From an uncultured Gemmataceae bacterium (GTDB lineage Bacteria; Planctomycetota; Planctomycetia; Gemmatales; Gemmataceae), in NCBI GenBank assembly GCA_963750165.1, contig CAVVPN010000003.1, positions 928,001 through 992,000 on the forward strand: 64,000 nt of DNA. The letters are read 5' to 3'. The position numbers were made by a program, and so were the translations under genes. Below, in pieces: positions 58,825 through 64,000 of this stretch. The notes under the pieces are model-generated. The model searched no databases. It was given only the letters and a program-made list of their open reading frames with translations, and was not told where the DNA came from. Numbering within the stretch: the stretch's first letter is position 1; each line of letters opens with the position of its first letter.

Positions 58825-59823
58825 TCAGTCCAGCAGTTCCAGGGTTTCGCCGCCGGCGCGACTGCCCACGGCCGTCCAGGTGGCCTGGTCCACACCGCTG
58901 GACACGAAGCGAACACTGCCGTCGCTCATGAGCACGTTGGCGCCGCCGGGGTGCCAGCTGCTCGCGGGCGATACCAGGTTCCACCAGTCGCCGTCGCTGA
59001 TCCCCCAGCAGGGGGCGTTGGGCGGCAGCAGATGGTTGTAGCCGGTGCGCCAGATGCTGCCCTCGCGCCAGGGGTAGCCGCGCCAGCGCCACGGTGGGCT
59101 CCAACCGCCAGCGTTGCCCGCCGTCTGCCAGTTCTGCGCCAGGAAGGCGGCCCGCGCCGTTGTGAGGTTCTTGGCTGGCGGCGTGCCGAACTCGAAGCAG
59201 TCCGTCTTCGGGTCGTTGGCCGCGGCGTCGCTGCCGGAGCTGAGGCAGACCTCGGCCATGGCAGCGGTGTTACTGGAGCCATCGCGGATGTCGGTGATCT
59301 TGACGAAGCCCGGCGAGGTGAAGCCGCTCGTCGGGTTGAAGTTGGGCGTGAAGACGCCGTCCCAGCCGTTGACGTAGGCCCAGGTGCCGTAGTTCGTGTG
59401 ATAGCTGGTCCAGCCGAACTCGTAGCCGTCGCCCTGCCGCGGGTCCGAGGGGCACAGGAACGTGGGGATGCGCGTCCGCCCGGCGACATCCCAGGCACTC
59501 ACCGGGCTGTTGTCCGAGGCGCCCGACGCCACCGCGGGGTTGATGCTGGTGGCGACGTTGTCCTGCTCGATGTAGGGCAGCAAGTAGGCCAGCGCGGAGG
59601 GGCCGTAGTCGTTGCTGTTGAACGAGGCACTGGGGAATTTTTTGTAGACGCTGTGGTAGTTGTGCATCGCCTTGCCGAGCTGGCTGAGGTTGTTCTGGCA
59701 CTTCGATCGGGCCGCCGCCTCGCGCACCTTCTGCACGGCGGGCAACAGCAGGCCGATGAGGATGGCGATGATGGCAATCACCACCAGTAACTCAATCAGC
59801 GTGAACCCTGTCCGTCGTCGCAT
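58825..59823 (-). CDS. DUF1559 family prepilin-type protein
   Basis: GFTLIELL.., [35 protein letters not shown] (H-X9-DG). Confidence 0.95.
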   Translation of the reverse strand: MRRRTGFTLIELLVVIAIIAILIGLLLPAVQKVREAAARSKCQNNLSQLGKAMHNYHSVYKKFPSASFNSNDYGPSALAYLLPYIEQDNVATSINPAVASGASDNSPVSAWDVAGRTRIPTFLCPSDPRQGDGYEFGWTSYHTNYGTWAYVNGWDGVFTPNFNPTSGFTSPGFVKITDIRDGSSNTAAMAEVCLSSGSDAAANDPKTDCFEFGTPPAKNLTTARAAFLAQNWQTAGNAGGWSPPWRWRGYPWREGSIWRTGYNHLLPPNAPCWGISDGDWWNLVSPASSWHPGGANVLMSDGSVRFVSSGVDQATWTAVGSRAGGETLELLD

Positions 59824-60020
59824 GTTTCACTGCCTTTCGTCCTGAAGGTTGTATAAGATAAACGACTTCAATGCCGGGAGCAATGCAGCAGCCCCATCCC
59901 CTGTGCCGGTGGTGTCTGGGTCGTAGAGGAGAAAGTTGATTTTACACCGGAAGCGGTGGTGTGCCAGGAAAAAGAGATGAAAAAGGGAAGATGAAAGCAA
60001 TTGTGAGAACGAATGGTCCG

Positions 60021-60902
60021 TCAGAACGGGATCGGCTCCGCCCGCAGCGCCGCCGCGAACGCTGGCCACGGCAGGTGCGGGAACCGCGTGCGCCAGCGTG
60101 TCGAGTCCAGGGAAGTGTCGCGCGGCCGCGGTTCGGCGGCGGCGACTGCGGCGCGGCTGGTCGGCACCAGGACCGCAGGGTCGGCGCCCAGGTGAACGGC
60201 CAGTTGCTGCGCCATCTCCAGACGGTTCAGGCGTTCGGGGCCGCCGAGATGTAGCAACCCAGTCACGTCCACGGGCAGCAGCGCCGCCAGTGCCTCCGCG
60301 GCGGTGGCCAGCGCCAGCGGCGTCCGCCATTCGTCGCTGAAGCACGCGATTGGCTGACGCTGACGCAGGGCGCGCACCTGCTCGTCGAAGAACGCCGGCC
60401 GGCCCGTCAGGCTGGGACCGTACAGCAAACTCAGCCGCACCACCAGGCCGCGCGGCGTGCCCAGCACGGCCAGTTCCGCATCGCGCTTGCTCTGACCGTA
60501 GACCGACAGCGGCGCGGGCGCGTCCGCTTCGCGATAACCGCCCTGCTCACCGTCGAACACCAGGTCAGTGGACACGAACACCAGGCGTACTCCCGCCGCG
60601 GCGCACAGGTCCGCGAGCAGGGCGGTGGCCTCGACGTTAACCCGACGGGCGCGGGCGGGGTCGCGGTGACAGGCGGCAACGCTGGCAAGGGCGGCGGCGT
60701 GCAACACGGCGTTGGGGTGGGCCGCGGCGAAGACGGCGCGCACGACGTCCGGCTGCGTCAGGTCGATGGGCTGCAGCGAAAAGCCGAACAGGTCGCCGCC
60801 GCGACTGCCGCTCCAGGCAGTGACGGCGTGCGGGCCGCCTTGCAGGTGGCGCAGCAGGTAGGCGCCGAGGTTGCCGCTGGTGCCGGTAATGAGAAGACGC
60901 AT
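60021..60902 (-). CDS. SDR oxidoreductase, dTDP-4-dehydrorhamnose reductase (RfbD/RmlD)-like
   Basis: LITGTSGNLG, STDLVFDG, YGQSK (YxxxK), F.DEWRTP, PRP.D.SL. The annotated start is probably the ATG at 60902. Confidence 0.88.
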   Translation of the reverse strand: MRLLITGTSGNLGAYLLRHLQGGPHAVTAWSGSRGGDLFGFSLQPIDLTQPDVVRAVFAAAHPNAVLHAAALASVAACHRDPARARRVNVEATALLADLCAAAGVRLVFVSTDLVFDGEQGGYREADAPAPLSVYGQSKRDAELAVLGTPRGLVVRLSLLYGPSLTGRPAFFDEQVRALRQRQPIACFSDEWRTPLALATAAEALAALLPVDVTGLLHLGGPERLNRLEMAQQLAVHLGADPAVLVPTSRAAVAAAEPRPRDTSLDSTRWRTRFPHLPWPAFAAALRAEPIPF

Positions 60903-60947
60903 GGAGCCGTTCCGATCAAGTGCTGTGCCGGCTCTGACAAATTGGAT

Positions 60948-61136
60948 TCACGGAAGTTGCAGCGCCGTCTTCAGGCAAGCGTCGAGTTGCGCCACCAGCG
61001 CATCCGAGAGTGTACCGGCATATTCAGCCAAAGGCACGAGGACAAATTGCTCGTGCGTGAGCGGATTAACGACGCGCGGCGGTGTGGACTCGGGTTTCCC
61101 CAGGGCTTGCACTTGCTCCTGAGTCAGTTCGATCCT
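60948..61136 (-). pseudogene. Probable collapsed toxin-antitoxin remnant (antitoxin-like N-part joined to PemK/MazF-like C-terminal helix)
   Basis: Start-less frame RIELTQEQVQALGKPESTPPRVVNPLTHEQFVLVPLAEY-AGTLSDALVAQLDACLKTALQLP*. AGG sits where ATG is expected, after a purine-rich RBS region. Confidence 0.5.
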
Positions 61137-61159
61137 GCGATTTCTTCTTTCTCCTTCGG

Positions 61160-63090
61160 TCAGCGCTTCAACTCATACTGCTTGATCTTGCGGTCCAGCG
61201 TCGAGCGCTCGATCTGCAAGATTTGCGCGGCCTGGCTCTTGTTCCAGTCGGTGTGCTCCAGCGTCTTCAGAATGTGCCGCTTCTCCATCTCGTTAATCGT
61301 CAGCGGCTCATACAGCGGTTCGACGGGCGGCGGCAGCGGCGCCGGGCCGCCCACGTCCAGCGACGACAGCCACACGTCCGGCGCATCCAGCATCGGCCCG
61401 GTGCTCAACGCCACGCTGCGCTCGATGACGTTGCGCAGCTCGCGGACGTTGCCCGGCCAGTGGTAGTGCTGCAACTTCTGCATCGCCGCCGCCGTGAAGC
61501 CGCGCACCTTCCGCCCCGTCTCGCGCACGAAGCGCTTCAGGAAGTGGTCCGCCAGCAGCGTCACGTCGCTCAGCCGTTCGCGCAGCGGGGGCACCCGGAA
61601 CTCCACCACCTGCAGACGGTAGAACAGATCGCGGCGGAACGTGCCGTCCTTCAGGTTCTGCTCCAGCGGCTGGTTGGTCGCCGCCACCACGCGCACATCG
61701 ACACGGATGGGCGTGTTGCCGCCGACGCGCTCGAACGGATGGCCCTCCAGGATGCGCAGCAACTTCGCCTGCGTGCCGACGTTCATCTCGCCGATCTCGT
61801 CCAGGAAGATCGTGCCGTGGTCCGACGCCTCGAACTTGCCAACCTTCTTCTCCGTCGCGCCGGTGAACGCCCCTTTTTCGTGGCCGAACAGCTCGCTCTC
61901 CAGCAGCGTCTCGGTCAGCGCGGCGCAGTTCAGGCAGACGAACGGCCCCTCCTTGCGCGGGCTGGAATAGTGGATGGCGCGGGCGACCAGTTCCTTGCCG
62001 CTGCCGCTCTCGCCGCGGATCAGCACCGTGGCGTTGGTGCCGGCGACGCGGCCGATCTGCGTCTCAATGGCCTTCATCGGCGCGCTGGTGCCGACCAGTT
62101 CGCTCTCGACGCGCAGCTGCTGCCGCAGCGACTGGTTCTCCGCCGTCAACGATTCCTGCCGCAGCATCTGGTGTGTCACCGCGCCCAGCTGCTTGGCCAC
62201 CGCCACCGTGAACTCCAGGTCCTCCGCGTTCAGCGCCTTGAGCGGGTCGGTGCAGTACAGGTGAATCAGGCCCAGCACCTTGCCGCCGAACATCACCGGG
62301 GCGCAAATCAAACTGGAGGCGCCCAGGCTGGTCAGGCTCTCGCGGTTGCGCAGGTAGCGGTCGCGGGCCACGTCCTCGGCCAGGATCGCCTCCTTGCCGG
62401 CGATGACCTCGTGCGTGACGAACTCCGAAACGCGCGTGTACAGGAGAATGTTCGGGTCGCGGTGGCGGTGGGCGGTCACCTCCAGTTCGCGGCCCTCCTT
62501 GCACGTCAGGATGGCGCCGACCTCCGCGGGGATCGCCTCCAGCAAACCGTCGAGGACCACGTTGATCAGGTCCTCGTAAGTGCTGGCCGATCCCATGTCC
62601 AGGGCCATGCGATAGAGCAGCGCCAGGTCGCGGCTGATGCTGTGGCGGCCGGGCGTCCCCCGGGCCTCCGGCTCCGGCGGCGGTTCCTCCGGATTGGGCG
62701 TCAGGAAGCGCGTCTGGCCGAGCCGCTTCATGATGTTGACGCCTTCCGCGCCGCGCGGCGGCGGCAGCGGCGGCAGCTGGTCCATGTCCTCGACGTACAG
62801 CAGGTGCAGACGGCCGACGTTGATCTCGTCGCCGGCGTTCAACTCCCACTCCGAATCGACGCGCTGGTCGTTGAGACGGGTGCCGTTCAGGCTCTGCAGA
62901 TCGCGCAGCGCCAGCGGCCGTCGGCGTGGTACACCTCGGCGTGCTCGCGGCTGCACACCTCGTCCTTGACGACGATGCGGTTGGTCGAGGCACGGCCGAG
63001 GGTCGTGCGCTGACCGACGATCAGGGGGTAAACGTCCCCGTAGCCGTCATCACGGCGGACCACCAGATAAGCGGCGGCGTCTGCAACCAT
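61160..63090 (-). CDS. Sigma54-dependent activator FHA-GAF-AAA+-HTH; frameshift near 62910
   Basis: FHA (LGRA..N, CSR.HA, LRDL.S.NGT), [32 protein letters not shown], Fis-type HTH. Confidence 0.93.
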
Positions 63091-63310
63091 GGTTGTTCGC
63101 GGAAAAAAAGAGTTAGGTCGTGGGGTGTCCCTCTTCTACCTTACGACGAACGCGGCGGTTCAGGCAAGCGTTTTTACAAACGGCCGGCGAGCGGCGCGGC
63201 GTCAGCCCGCCGCTCGTGCCGTTACCGGCGGCCTGACGTCGCGCCGCTCGCCGGGTCGGGTTGGTGCGGCCGTGCCGCGCGGTGCAGGTTGGGCAATCGC
63301 TGCCGGCCGA

Positions 63311-63340
63311 TTGACACTGCTCGCCCGTGCGGGCTATGAT
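63311..63340 (+). promoter_or_regulatory. Sigma70-like promoter for the downstream kinase
   Basis: TTGACA-18 nt-TATGAT. Confidence 0.55.
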
Positions 63341-63527
63341 AACCGCTGTGGAAGCCATTTGCGTTCCCTCGGCGATCTCCTCTCCCACCGTCCGCGCCGG
63401 GCCGGAGCAGTCCGAGGATCCCCTGCCCCGCGGCCGCGAGTGAATGGCGCGACGCATAACCCGGCAGCCATGGGACCGGACGGAAACGCCACCACTGAGG
63501 GGCGGGGGTCACCCCGTAACGATATCC

Positions 63528-64000
63528 ATGTCCGATGCACGCTCAGGCCGTCCGGTCGGTGACGACCTCGGTTCGCCCCCCGCGGACCTGGAGGCCGAGA
63601 GCCCCATTGCCGACGTGTTCATCGGCGCAGCGCGGTCGGGCCGGACGACGATGCGCCCACCATCATTTCCAAAAATCCGGCCCCTGCCGCCCGATCCAGC
63701 AGTTCCGGCAACCACACCCGGCCCACCGGCGAGTCCGGCGTCAACGGCAGCATCCGCGGCCGCACCCTGGCGCACTTTGAACTGATCGAGCCCATCGGCG
63801 TCGGCGGCATGGCGGCGGTGCTCCGTGCCCGCGACAAGCAGCTCGACCGCTGCGTCGCCCTGAAAATCCTGCCGCCGGAGATGGCCGCCGACCCGGAGAA
63901 CGTCAAGCGCTTCCACCAGGAGGCCCGCGCCGCCGCCAAGCTCGACCATGAGAACATCGCCCGCGTTTTTTACTGCGGTGAGGACCAACGGCTGCACTTC
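63528..64000 (+). CDS. Ser/Thr protein kinase, 5' part (runs off window); frameshift near 63720
   Basis: After the slip: HFELIEPIGVGGMAAV.RARD..LDR.VALKILP..RF.QEARAAAKLDHENIARV. Confidence 0.88.

Noticed and set aside
57439..59823. DUF1559 genes as a novel pilus or secretion system
   Set aside because: DUF1559 plus small lipoprotein pairs are a common, highly expanded planctomycete feature, and no assembly genes are adjacent.

Overview
High-GC bacterial DNA, very probably Planctomycetota (Gemmataceae-like), judged by DUF1559 prepilin-type genes, kinase-FGE proteins and GTAG-type REPs. About 41 kb (1-41132) is a type VI secretion (T6SS) locus. It opens with a probable tssK tail, tssL, tssM and a Ser/Thr kinase. 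A divergent HEAT-protein / outer-membrane beta-barrel pair follows, then tssA-B-C-C-tagJ-E-F-G-orf-clpV-hcp-vgrG. Next is a DUF6484 / PAAR-like DUF4150 / SMI1 immunity / HNH-like toxin / DUF2169 / KAS-like-TIGR02270 effector module, and finally an operon of membrane-anchored pseudo-caspase/vWA and Ig-like proteins. The most striking point is that TssM stops right after its last TM helix (no periplasmic domain) and no tssJ lies in the window. Uncharacterised envelope proteins in the locus could therefore form a different trans-envelope complex (inference). Downstream is a mosaic stress island (P3A H+-ATPase, CPBP protease, USP, stomatin, Zn-ADH flanked by direct repeats), then typical planctomycete genes (DUF3857-transglutaminase-TPR, DUF1573, DedA, two DUF1559, RfbD-like SDR, FHA-GAF sigma54 activator, kinase). 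About a dozen isolated frameshifts most likely reflect long-read indel errors. Family assignments come from motif recognition by eye, not database searches.
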